Shown one piece after another: positions 12,721 through 25,812 of a DNA stretch of 64,000 nt (its first letter is position 1; the number at the start of each line of letters is the position of its first letter). The notes beneath the pieces were generated by a model. The model was given only the letters and a program-made list of their open reading frames with translations, searched no databases and was not told the DNA's origin. Source of the stretch: the human T2T-CHM13v2.0 reference genome, Homo sapiens; assembly GCF_009914755.1 (NCBI RefSeq), contig NC_060938.1, one strand, 5' to 3'. The translations under genes and the position numbers were made by a program.

Positions 12721-13628
12721 CGTTGACCTCGTCCCTGACCAGGACACCAGATGTCACTCATAGCATGTCCCAGTAAACCACAAGGAAATCATTAGCAGAA
12801 GTATTCCAAGTCCTTCCAAATTAGGTCACCACCCCCTGCAATGCTGCCTGCCACCTTGGAGGGTCCCTCTGCAGATGGATGCGTGCTTTTGGTGGTTATT
12901 TGCAATTTCAAATATTTTAGTCAGTTCTTCCCTTCTGCAAGGGAAGAATCCTGTCTTCAAAGTCTAAATGCCATAAAAGGGCTTCCCTGCATAAACAAGC
13001 CTGCAGTGGGGGGAACTGGAATAGGAAACAACGTTTTTATCATAAGCTTGCCTGTATATTTTTTCTACCATAAGTATATATTTGATAAAAGTTTTATGTT
13101 TTATTTACAAAAAATTACTATGTACCCTGTACATAGTGCAGCATTTCTGATCTTCTGTCTTCAACACCAATCGGGGGAAATATTTACAAATGTTATATTT
13201 GACAAGAAAATTTTCTTTGTACAAAATGAGTGGGTATCTACAGTAGAACAAAATTGAAAATTACAACAGAAAAAAAGGCACATGGATTAAATTATTCTAT
13301 GACAAATGATTTCCTTTCATTCTTCCTTCTACGTTTGTTGCATTTTTGATGGCTTAACACTATTTTGACCACATTGTGTGTGCACCAGTAAGGTATGCTG
13401 CATAGTGGACACAGCTGGCTGCCTGCCCAATATCTTTTCTCGCCTTTCCTGAATGGTAGCCGTTGTCACTGCTATTTATCTTGCTTCCTCTTCATCACTG
13501 CATGTTGAGCAGATAACTTGTCTTTTAGTTGATTAGCACAAGGAACCAGACACATTCAAACCTGGTGGGAAACTGGCACAGTCCTGCCCGATCCTGGACT
13601 TTGCACCCTAGCTGCAATAACATAATGA

Positions 13629-14460
<832 letters not shown>

Positions 14461-15759
14461 GAACGATAAAATAGACATCCTTGTGTTATTACAAACCCAT
14501 CATGTGTGACGGTAAACAGAATGCTTACTCAACCATATCCCAATTGTTGGATATTTCAGCTAGTTCCAATGTTTTTTTCCTGCTGCTATACATACTTCAG
14601 TAATAAGCATTTTATGCATAAATGCCTGTGGGTACTTGCAATTCTATAGCACTTTACAATCTGCAAAACTCTTCCAACTCCATTCTCTCATGAAGCCAGA
14701 GAAAAATAATTCAAGATAAGATGGCTCGGCAGACAAATAACAGGCAACAGGCTCTCTGGGATGTGTTCTTCCCTCTGTTATGTTGCCCCACATGTAACTT
14801 CTTCACAAAAAGCCATGCAGTGTTCATAAATATTGGCGGCTGAGCCAAAAGCAAGAAATGCAAAACAATTACACATCCTGAAGAGCTACAGAGCATGTCA
14901 TCCAGGTTCTAAAACCCTGCAGATTAACTCTATTGGAGGTCACCCCGTTAAGTCAGGAAGCCTGTCTCTTACTTCAGGTACAAAGAATGAACGAATGCAG
15001 GGGACTAAGGCATAAACAAGGGCTCATGAATACTGTATATTGCTTGGGGCCTCTGAAAAACATAGGGGGACTGGCCCAAAGCCTCAAGATGATGAGCTAC
15101 ATGTTTGCATGTGGGAGCTGGGAGGGGAGGAGAATGGAAAGGACAAGCACTAGAAAAGGTGGCAAGGACTAGGAGATCTTGCAAAGGTATTAGGAGAGGG
15201 CTGGTTCTTAACGACAGTACAGGAAATCTGCTCCAGGGACCACCTGGAGCCAAACATCACCTCCTCTAACCTCTGGATTTCCTGAGTGCACTTTTTATTT
15301 CCCATGTGGTATGGAATACGCATTTGGCGTCTGCACTCAATGATCTCATGTGTGTGTGTAATGGGGGGTGGGTGTCGCAGGGCCAAAGGCAACGTCCATC
15401 TTCTTGGTTCTTAGACAATGATGATAAAACCACCACCCACCATCCTGCATTCTAAGAAAGCTTTGTGCCTCTGCATGTGATATTCATTTTGTGGATGGGA
15501 TCCAATCATTCTGGCTGTGAATCGAATCCCATATTCTCACCGGCCAACCCTATAAAATCAGAGATGTAGTAAAAGGGACTCGTCTCCTAGTCAAGTGGTC
15601 TTTGCACTCTTTAAAACACATTTGTTCCCTACTTGTCCGATTCTGAATGTCTTCGATTGTATAAATACAATTCTTTTGTTACAGAACGAGGACGACCTAG
15701 CATCTGAATCAAAAAGGTCATTGTATACCCTTGAGTGTGAAAACTAGGAACCTGTATTT

Positions 15760-15880
15760 ATTAAGTTCTGTGCATGGCTCTGGGCACTTGAGAGATAGGT
15801 ATTATTATCTCTGTTTTGTAGAGGAGGAAACTGAGGCTCAGAAAGGTAAAGGAATTTTATGCTCAGGGTCACACACATAA
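15760..15880 (-). mobile_element. MIR fragment
   Basis: ataggtattattatctctgttttgtagaggaggaaactgaggctcagaaaggtaaag. Confidence 0.75.
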
Positions 15881-16439
15881 AAATGATATTCTCAATGTCT
15901 TAGAAAGATTGGCTGTAATTCTGGGAACATGCAGTGTCACAGGGAGAATTGTGGGGCCTTTGCTGGTGAACAGCACCTCTTCCCATTGTTCAACTGTCTC
16001 TTTTGTTGGAGTGCTGGAGCTCCTCAGAGCCTAGTGGTTTTCTGAGACACATTCCCTTCCTTTTACTTATTCTCATAGCTCCAGGCACAGGTTCTAAACT
16101 TGGGTCCAAGGACCCGAGCCAGGCCTGGGGTCTCTTTATGCAGAGATGAGTTTTCTGCACTCAGCCCCCATGGAGGAGAAGGATTAGCGAGGCAAAGCCC
16201 AACTTGATTGAAAAATAACTTCCCTGCAGACCACTTTATGGCTCTGCGCCTCTTCCTTCCAGTCCTGCTGGGTCTGGGCCCAAGACCGTGGACTCGGGGT
16301 GGTCCTTCCTTCTCCAAGGGGCCGGAAATTACCAAAGGAGCAACAGGGGGTGCTGAGTGTGCCAGCTGAAGTCGGGCAGCAACTAATTAATGTTTTAAAA
16401 ATTTAAAAACCAAAGCAACCAGGGGTCAAGTGCAGGCCC

Positions 16440-16630
16440 TCAGAACCAGGCTGCCTGGCCTCGACCATTTACCAGCTCTGAGAGGGTGGGAAAGCTGCTC
16501 CCCCTCACTGTCCCCATACGGAAAGTGGGGATAATGAGAGCCCACAGCATTGCAGGGTTGCCTTGAAGATAAAATGAGAGCTGGTATTTACAAAGTGCTT
16601 GGAATCTGACACGTGGCAGTGAACAAAGAT
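16440..16630 (+). mobile_element. MIR
   Basis: ccatttaccagctctg..gtggggataatg..agggttgccttgaagataaaatgag..aaagtgcttggaa. Confidence 0.65.
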
Positions 16631-16714
16631 TGGACAGTGCCAGCCCTGCATCTGAATGAGCACCTTGAATGTTCACCCATCAGTCCAAGCAAGACTCATT
16701 GCTTACGAGTAGCT

Positions 16715-17310
16715 GAGAGACATCTGGTCTGCGCCCTTGGCTTCTGGTGGGTAATTTATGTCACATTTGAGAAGAGTTCTGACTACGAAGGACCTTAGTG
16801 TGGGAATGGCTACACCCAACAGGCTTAGGGTGGGGACTGGCCGCCAATCCAGAAAGACCTGCCCTGTGATTTAGAGTGGAGGTTTTAAGGTCACACAGTC
16901 TCAGGAGTCCTGGAGACTGAGTTCAACCACCCAAGCAATCAATCAATCATCAGCCATGCCTCTGTAATGAAGCCCCAGTGGAAACCCAAGTGAGTCTCCC
17001 CAGTTGGCAATATTCAGTGAGTGCTGTCACGTGTGATGCCGGGAGGGTAAAGCATCCTGCCCCCATGGGGAGGACACATGGGGAGCTTTGCATCGGGAAC
17101 CCTTCCAGTCTTGCCCTACGCATCTCTTGCTTGCATTGATTTTAATCTGAAGCCATGCCCTGGAATAAGCCGTAACTGTGAAGTATAACAGTGTTCAGTG
17201 AGTTCACTGAGTACTTCTGATGGAATGATAGAAACTGAGGGTGATTTTAGGAACCCCCCTGAACTTGCAGTTGGTGCCAGAAACAAGAGTGGTCTTGTGT
17301 GGACCTTGGC
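16715..17310 (+). mobile_element. MER77/MER21-group ERVL LTR
   Basis: ccagaaagacc..ctggagactgagttcaa..catgcctctgtaatgaagcccc..gatgccgggagggtaa..ggaacccccctgaacttgcagttggtgccagaa. Confidence 0.7.
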
Positions 17311-17638
17311 AATTTGGCAAACTCCAGGCATCTTCCCCTCCAAAAACCCTCCTGAGCTCCATGCCCACTGTGGCCCCTGACCACCCACATTGGAAAGGAC
17401 AAAGGAACTGAGGAAGGAAGCTTCTGCCTGCACGAAGTGGAGTTCTTTCTATAAATTAGCTCATGGATGCCTCGGTTTATACATCTGTAAAATGGGACTC
17501 ACAGCGCTTACCCCTCCAGGTTGTAACTTGCCCAAGATCTCACAGTCAGGGAGCAAGAGCACAGGGTTCCGCTCCATGGCCTGAGTACTGTGCCCAGTCC
17601 ACATAACCTCCTAAGGGTTAAGGCCAGCTTGGTGGTGA

Positions 17639-18127
<489 letters not shown>

Positions 18128-18913
18128 CATTAACACAGTTTTTTAGGCCCAGGACCTGACTGAAAAGATCCAAATGCCAACTGGAGAAGCCTGGGAATCT
18201 GTATGTTTAATAGCTCACTGTGGGCCAATTCTACCCATGGGCAGATCCGAGAACCCCTGTCAAGATGGAAAGGGCCTGGGGTCCCCTCCTAGCAGCACCA
18301 CTGTTGTGTGAGTCTCAGAGTCTCAGGTCTGGACCTTTGTCCCCATCTATGTAACGGGGGTGATGATCCCAGCTGTCCTTTCTCACCCATCGTGCAGTTG
18401 TGAGGATGATGTGCTTGGGGCAGACCCAGCCCCACCCATGACCCAGGAGCCAAGGCCACCCCCCAAGGTCAGCAGTGTATAGCACTCACTAGACAGCGGG
18501 TGCAGCCAGTTCTGCTAGGACGGCGGTTAGAAAATGCAAATTGGTTCCAAAGCATTTGACATAGTAGGGAAAAATTTAAGCATGACATAAACTTGGCATT
18601 TGCTGATGTACAATTTCATTCCTGAGAAACACTAGATGGGCATAGAATTCATAAAGCTCTGCACCCAGCTGACGAGCAGAGTGGAGCTGTGTAGAATATA
18701 CCCTGCTCCCAACATACCGAAGCCTCGTGCACACACACTTGGACGTCCACCAGCCCCCTTGGCTCCCTGCGTGCGTTATGAGGCACCCCATCCATATCAA
18801 ATCCTGTGACGTGTTATGGGCTGAACGGTGTTCTCCCCCACCCTCCCACAATCCAGATGTTCAAGTCCTAACCCAAGGAGCCAGAATGTGACAATACTAT
18901 TCAAGATAGGATC

Positions 18914-19187
18914 TTTTTAAAATTTTTTTGAGATGGAGTCTTGCTCTGTCACCCAGGCTGGAGTGCAGTGGTGCAATTACGGCTCACTGCAGCCTCAACT
19001 TCCCAGGGCTTAAGTGATCCGCTGGACTCAGCCTCCCCAGTAGCCAGGTGTGTGCCACTATGCCTGGCTAATTTAAAATAGTTTCTTTTGTAGAGACAGG
19101 GTCTCGCTATGTTGACTAGGCTGGTTTTGAACTCCTGGGTTCAAGTGATCCTCCCACCTTGCTGGGATTGAGCCACCCCACCTGGCC
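18914..19187 (-). mobile_element. AluJ with internal deletions
   Basis: cactgcagcctcaact, gggtctcgctatgttg; taggatcttt duplicated on both sides. Confidence 0.9.
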
Positions 19188-19479
19188 TGGAGCTAGGATC
19201 TTTAAAGAGGTGATTAAGTTAAAACGAGGCCTTTCGCATTTGCTCTAATCCAACCTGACAGTGTTCTTATAAGAAGAGGACAATTGAACACTCCAGGAAA
19301 CACCAGGGGTGCATGCACAGAGAGGGATGACCATGAGAGGAGGGGCAGGGGACGGCCATCTGCAAGCCAAGGAGAGCGCTTCAGAGGAAGCCCCCTGCCG
19401 GCACCTTGATCCTGGACTTCCAGCCTCCAGCACTATAGGAAAATACATTTCTGTTGGTTAAGCCACCCAACCTGGGGTA

Positions 19480-19812
19480 CAGTAGTTCCCCCCATCTGCA
19501 GTTTCAGTTTCTGTGACTTCAGTTGCTAGCAGTCATCTGGGGTCTGAAAATAGGTGAGTATGGTGCAAGAAGATGTTCTGAGAGAGAGGGTGAGAACATT
19601 CACCTGACTTTCATTACAGGGTCTTGTTATCATTGATTTTATTAGTCATTGTTGTTAATCTCTCACTGTGCCTAATTTATAAATTGAACTTTATCATACA
19701 TATGTATGTGCAGGAAAAAGCATAGTACATATAGGGTTCGGCACTATCTGCAGTTTCAAGCATCCCTGGGGGCTCTTGGAACGCATCCCCTGCAGAGAAG
19801 GAGGCAGTAGGG
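19480..19812 (+). mobile_element. MER44A (Tigger7 derivative)
   Basis: cagtagttcccc...gaaaataggtgagta...gtgcctaatttataaatt...tatagggttcggcactatctgc; flanked by TA. Confidence 0.85.
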
Positions 19813-20159
19813 TACTTGTTCCAGCAGCCTTAGCAAATGAATACACAGCTTTCTGTCTGATTTCCATCGGGTCACCTTCCTTCCACCCTTTCACAATTCA
19901 CAAGCCACACCCCTCCCACGCCCACTTCAGGAGCAAGCTTCAGGCCTTCCTCAAGTCAGTGCCGTATTTAGTGTAGCACTGACGCATTTCTTAACCACTC
20001 AACAGTTCTATTGTTTTTACTAGGTTCCCATGTTTTTTTAATGCATCCCTCATGAAGTTTTTGAGTGCTGCACTCCAGTGTTATTTTCCCTTATTTTTGT
20101 GCATGAGTGTGGCGATGTTTAGGAGCACATGTACCATGTTATAGCAGAACTGACAGTAC

Positions 20160-20350
20160 TAGTATAAGCTCTTTGCCTAAATTAATTCCTTTAATCCGTA
20201 TTCTTTTAACCCTATGAGGCAGCTACTATCCTTATCCCCATTTTACAAATGAGGAAACTGAGGCACAGAAAGCTTAACGAACTTGCCTGCAGTCATACAG
20301 CTAGAAGTGGGCAGAATGGTAATTTGAGCCCAAGTTCTGAACCACTGGGC
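20160..20350 (-). mobile_element. MIR
   Basis: aaccctatgagg..tatccccattttacaaatgaggaaactgaggcacagaaag..acagctagaagtgg. Confidence 0.85.
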
Positions 20351-21289
20351 TACAGGGTAGTTACATGGGTGGGCATATGGGGTACAATGCCCCCACACTG
20401 TCCTCGCCACGGGCACACCCAACCGAGGCCCGCCACCCACTCCTCGGCACCCAGTTGGGAAGGACTTCACAGCACTCCCTGCCTCCTTTAAAACCCAGTT
20501 CTATTCACAAAAGAGCACAGACTGATCAGGCTTCATGAATGTTTAATGGGATGGAACCCTCCTTGTTTTGTCAGCAACAATGAATCTTGGCTGAGGAAAT
20601 TGCTACCAACGACACTGTGACTCAACAGATAATTGCAGTGCTTGACACTGAGAAGCACTCTAACTCCTTCTTTGTGAACACGTTTTGACACAGTTTGCTC
20701 CCTGTGAAGGAGCTGGCCTCCTGGAGTACCTCCCACCTGCTGCTGGGCCCACGGCAGGGTAACTGCCACCAGCTTGCTGAGTGTGGCTCTGCACAACCGC
20801 CTCGTCAATACCCATCCCACGTGGAACTGTGCAAGACACTTACATGACCAGAAAGAAGACCAGGTGACTCCTGGCTAGAGTCCTTCATTTGTTCATTTCA
20901 AAACGAAACTGAACATGGCGTGTGTCTAGGCTGGGATGGGAGAGAAATTGCCAAATGTAGGGCCCTGGTCCACATTGCACCGGGAAAACAGACATGGGGA
21001 AACTGGGGATGGCAGGAGAAGAGCTGTCAGTGGACAGGGCCACTAAGCCTCCTGGGTCAGGGGCAGAATTGGAGCAGGAGCTTGAAGGCCCCATGCGGTG
21101 TTAGCAGATAGGGAAAAGGAGAGGGCATTCTCCATGTTGGGAACAGCAAGGGCAAAGGCTGGGTGGCATCTAATGATGAATGATGTGTTCTGAGACTGGT
21201 TAAGCCCACGCTCCTTGACAGACAGGAGGGGGACACAGAGGAGGGAGAGGCGCTTTGATGAGACAGCCTTAAATGCCACCCAGGGGTTT

Positions 21290-21740
21290 CTTCAGACCAA
21301 AAATATTTAATACGACGAGGCCCATTATCCATAAAGCTTCGTTAAATTAGAATGCGTGATCTTTCATCCTGGGTTGACGTTTGCACGAGTTAAGTCGGAG
21401 AAGGCAAAGGTAAGGGCAAAATGCATTATTTACACTTTGCATCGAAACAACGGTCGAGAGCCTGCTGTCAACCGCCCGCTGCATCTAGACGGGGACCTGT
21501 TTGTTACTGTTTTTATTCATTTCCCTCTTAATTAATCCTCTGCAAATAACAGATTTACATCATTCTGTTGGAGTTGAAGGATCCCAACTGTAAATGAAGG
21601 TGTCTATTCATTGACATAGACCCTGCAGGAGCCATTTGTTTTGTTCATAGAATAATTATCTACTTAACTGTTAACAATATTTTAACAGAATCTCATTAAT
21701 TCAAATTAAACTCTTTCAATTAACTTGTATTATTTAAGGG
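21290..21740. promoter_or_regulatory. Candidate conserved non-coding enhancer
   Basis: Unique sequence; about 13 CpGs in 21301-21500 despite moderate GC; many TAAT/ATTA cores, ccataaa, tatttac, tgttt. Confidence 0.35.
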
Positions 21741-22189
21741 CCTGGGTGGGACGGCACGCAAGCTTGCATTTCTGAAGCCAGGCAGTGGGCTAAAGGTGCT
21801 CAGGCACACACCTGGTTTAATTCTTTCAACGACAACGTGTTCAAACTCCCTTGTCTTGCAGCCTGCCTCTTTGCTCTCACACCCCAGCCACGTGGCTATG
21901 CGGGGTGCGGAGCTACCATGTTCTAGTAAGACTTCCAAGTCCTAGGCCTTGTCTCTGCCGCATCTCAGCACCCTGGTCCTCCCAGTCCCAGTTGGACTGA
22001 CTTAGAGGACGCAGGACCTATGCTGAGCCTCTTCCCTGAGAGATTTGGACTCAGGACTGAAGCCATGAGACCAGAACTTGGGGGTTAAAGGAGGCCTCAT
22101 TTCCCGCTTGGTAGAGAAAGTCGGTCCAGACAATAAGAGAGAACTGGACAGACTGTAGAGAGGGGCAGAGGCAAAAGTACAAGAGTCAG

Positions 22190-23350
22190 CTATGGTGTGT
22201 GTGAAGTGTGTGGTGTGTGTACATGTGGGGGCTGTGGGCATGAGTGTGGTGCGAGTGTGCAGAATAGGTGGTATGCGTGAGGTGTGTGTGCTTGTGTGGG
22301 GTGTGGGGAATGTGTATTCAGCACATGTGCAGTGTTTATGTGTGTTTGTGTGGGGATATGATATGCGTGTAGTGTTGTGTATATGTGGGGTGTGTGTATA
22401 TGTATGCATAGTGCATATGATGTGGTGTGTGTGGTGTGCATGGTGTGTACATATGTATGATGTATATGTATGTATCTGTGACATGTGGGGGCGTGTGTGT
22501 GGTGTGTGTGTGGTGTATGTGTGTGTGTGGGGTGTGTGTATGTGTATGTGTGGTGTGTGGTGTATGGTATGTTTGTGTGGGGGTGTGTATATGTGTATGT
22601 GTGGTGTGTGTGTGATCTGTGTGGTGTGTGTAGAGGATGTGTTTGTATGTGTGGTGTGGTTGTGTGTGGAGGGTGTGTTTGTGTGTGGTATATGCATCTG
22701 TGGTGTGTGTGTTGAGGGTGTGTATGTGTGGTGTGTGATGTGTGCGGAGGATGTGTTTGTATGTGTGGTGTGGTTGTGTGTGAAGGGTATGTGTATGTGG
22801 TGTGTATGTATCTGTGGTATATGTGCGGAAGGTGTGTATGTGTGGTGTGTGGTGTGTGTGTGGAGGGTGTGTGTATGTGGAGATATGTGTATATGTGTGG
22901 TGTGTGGTTGTGTGTGGAGGGTGTGTTTGTGTGTGGTATGTGTATGTATCTGTGGTGTGTGTGTGGTATGTGTATGTATCTGTGGTGTGTGTGTGGAGGG
23001 TGTGTATGTGTGGTGTGGTTGTATGTGGAAGGTGTGTTTGTGTGTGGTATGTGTATGTATCTGTGGTGTGTGTGTGGTATGTGTATGTATCTGTGGTGTG
23101 TGTGTGGAGGGTGTGTGTGTATGTGGAGGATATGTGTATATGTGTGGTTTGTGAGTGAATGGAGTATGTGTTTGTGTGTATGGTGTGTGGTGTGTGTGCG
23201 TGGAGAGTGTGTTTGTATGTATGTGTGATATGTGTTGTGTGTGTTTGTGTGGTGTGGTGTGTGGAGAATGTGTTTGTATGTATGTGTGATATGTGTTGTG
23301 TGTTTATGTGTGCTGTGGTGTGCTATGTGCATCTGTGTGTGTGAAGTGGG
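22190..23350. repeat. Degenerate (TG)-rich tandem repeat/VNTR, about 1.15 kb
   Basis: Read directly; contains the repeated 30-bp unit gtgtggtatgtgtatgtatctgtggtgtgt. Confidence 0.95.
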
Positions 23351-24084
23351 GTGTGCACTCAGGGAGTTGGTGCTGCATGGCAGGCTGGAGCGGAGAGCTG
23401 TGCCGGCCAGCAGGGCTAGGAAAGCAGTGGGCCGGCCTCCTAGTGTCAGAGGTATAGACAACCACTGCTCTTCCCCAATGTCAGTGGGAATGGAGGGGTA
23501 AACACATATGTTTGGTTGGGAGATGCGACAGAGCTGACAGCAGGCTGGACCCTGGCCGTCCACTGGCTCCCCACTCACCAGGCCTGACCTTGGGCACCAG
23601 AACGGAGAAGGAAATGTGCGTGGACAAACCTCCGGGTTACCAGAATGTGCACTTTATGAGGACACGGAGGAAACCCCCACCCACCTCTTCCTGGGCCCCT
23701 CCTGGAGTTTCAAGAAACATCTGGGAGGAAACGAGACAGGCTGTAGTTCCCACAGAGCTGCTGGGAGCAGGCCAGGGAAACGAGATCTTGATCTGTTTGG
23801 GAATCCTGTTTTTGTGCCTGGTTGGGGGCTAGGAGAGGAGATCACTTGCACAGGGCCCACCCCCACCCCCAGGTGGGACCAGCACAGGGCAGATACCTGT
23901 TCTGAACTATGGGCATCTGCTGTTGAGTTCACTGAGCACAAAAGTAATGACATGCAAACTCAAAACCATGGCATGCATAACCCCTCAAAGGTTCTTCTTC
24001 ACTCAGGACTCTTCAGCATTAAAATGCATGGCCAGCTGCACCTGCGTTTCCTCTCCCCACACCCACCTGGACGGCTATTCCCTT

Positions 24085-24320
24085 GCGCTTGGTGGCTCCT
24101 GAATATGCCTGCTTGCCTGGGGCTCCAGGCCTTTGCACACGCTGTTCCTGCTGTCTGGCACTCTCTCCCTGCACTTCTCCACCTGCTCGTCAAATTCCTC
24201 TGGCTGCCCTCCCTAAGATAGGGGTGGCACTTCCTTTCCACTCCCTGCTATTGCAGCACCCACGACTCTGCATCCTCCTGTGGGCATCTGGCACATGGCA
24301 GGTGTTCAGTAAGCATATCA
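24085..24320 (+). mobile_element. L2 3' fragment
   Basis: ggcctttgcacacgctgttcctgctgtctggcactctctccc...ctggcacatggcaggtgttcagtaa. Confidence 0.65.
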
Positions 24321-24374
24321 TTCATTCATTCATTCTGTCCTGCATATTGGTTCACTAGAAGAATGGATCAAAAA

Positions 24375-24668
24375 GCCAGGCGCAGTGGCTCACGCCTGTA
24401 ATCCCAGCACTTTGGGAGGCCGAGGCAGGCAGATCACGAGGTCAGGAGATCGAGACCATCCTGGCTAACACGGTGAAACCCCATCTCTACTAAAAATACA
24501 AAAAAATTAGCTGGGCGAGGTGGCGGGCGCCTGTAGTCGCAGCTACTCGGGAGGCTGAGGCAGGAGAATGGTGTGAACCCAGAAAGCGGAGCTTTCAGTG
24601 AGCCGAGATGGCGCCACTGCACTCCAGCCTGGGCAACAGAGCCAGACTCTGTCTAAAAAAAAAAAAAA
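24375..24668 (+). mobile_element. AluY
   Basis: gatcacgaggtcaggagatcgagaccatcctggctaacacggtg; TSD aagaatggatc. Confidence 0.96.
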
Positions 24669-25024
24669 GAATGGATCCAACAAACAAATTACTGAATAAA
24701 ATGTTTGTTGAAAGAATCAAGCACTTACAATATTGCCTGCTATGAGTGGAGACGTTATCTTAGACACATCCTTAGTCTTCAGGGAGCTTGTGATTTTGAC
24801 ACACAATAACAGAAGGCTTGTGGGAAGTGTGACTAATATCTTACAGTCCATGTCAAATGTGAAATCAATGGTAAACACAATACATATTGTGGGGTGAGTT
24901 GGTGTGGGTGGGAAACGATCCTTGGAGGCTGGTGTGACCATGGGAGGCTTCCTGGTGGAAGTGTCTTTGACTCAGGTATTGAGTGACTACACAACCCAGT
25001 TTATCTCCATTGTCCAAATGAAAT

Positions 25025-25625
25025 ACAGTTGATTCTCATCATTCACAGTATGATATTCTATGAAGTTGTGGTCAACCCTGACTTGTGAATACTGAATCAT
25101 TGTTTTTGTGGAAATACAGTATTAGGTTCCTGCAAACCTCTGGTTACAAATTTTTTCCAACCAACCAATACATACCCTTGACTCTTGTTTCATGTGTGTT
25201 TCTGTCTAAGGAGACTTTATTGAATATGCATTGATGACTCACTAACACTGAACTCATGGCCAACAGCGCTGTAACTCATCCCTGAACGAAGCTTACTGAA
25301 CACATGTATTTTCTCCGCAAGGAACGTCAGAGCCTTTCTGCACTTCCGGACTCTGACTGGGGGCTGTTTTAAACGGCAAGATCACCGAGAGAAAGCACAC
25401 AAATGCAAAAAAAAAAAAAAAAAGTGGCACTAAGTAAGCTGTGGAAAGGACACTTATTTATAGTTTGAGAGCTGAAGCAGAAGGCCGAGGCCCATTGCCT
25501 CGTTTCACCTCCGCTGGGAACGTGCGCGTCTGGCTGCTCAGACTTTATGCCGCTTTGCGCACCTCCGTGAAAGACGAGCACTGATTGTGGAGACACAAAT
25601 ACATTTCAGAGAGTGGGTGAATTCC
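25025..25625 (-). mobile_element. MER82 (TcMar-Tigger), near full length
   Basis: cagttgattctc...aggttcctgc..cctctgg...gaactcatggccaacagc...gctgggaacgtgcgcgtc is the reverse complement of MER82. Confidence 0.8.
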
Positions 25626-25812
25626 CGGATTCTGTCTTTGTAAACTGGTCTACTCTCTAAAATGGATTTGTAGCTACAAATGTCATGTTACTGCCATGGT
25701 TTTTGCATTTTTGTAGTTTCTCCTGGGCATCTTGCTATCTAAAACGGCCCTCAGGTATAGTGCTGAAGTGCAGAAAGGCTGCAATATTCCCTGCAGAGAA
25801 AATACACTTATC
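25626..25812 (+). mobile_element. Second, internally deleted MER82 fragment in opposite orientation
   Basis: cggattctgtctttg..ctactctctaaaat..ttttgcatttttgt..aaaacggccc..tagtgctgaagtgc..gagaaaatac follows the MER82 plus strand. Confidence 0.6.

Larger units (their letters stand above)
18812..19846 (+). mobile_element. MLT1B-like LTR split by AluJ and MER44A
   Basis: TGttatgggctgaa...gaggtgattaagttaaaa...ggccatctgcaagccaagg...ttaagccaccca...agcaaatgaataCA. Confidence 0.8.
18503..20157 (+). mobile_element. Tigger13a-like DNA transposon, host of nested insertions
   Basis: Termini cagccagttctgcta... and ...tagcagaactgacag are inverted repeats; internal segments 18503-18810 and 19847-20157 follow the consensus in order. 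Confidence 0.7.

Noticed and set aside
12841-13257. 138-aa ATG-initiated ORF in unique sequence
   Set aside because: No recognisable domain, AT-driven composition and no promoter context; the region is reported as non-coding instead.
22002-23578. ORFs of 462, 320 and 231 aa (His/Thr- or Val/Cys-rich)
   Set aside because: Translations of the TG/CA simple repeat, which lacks stop codons by composition.
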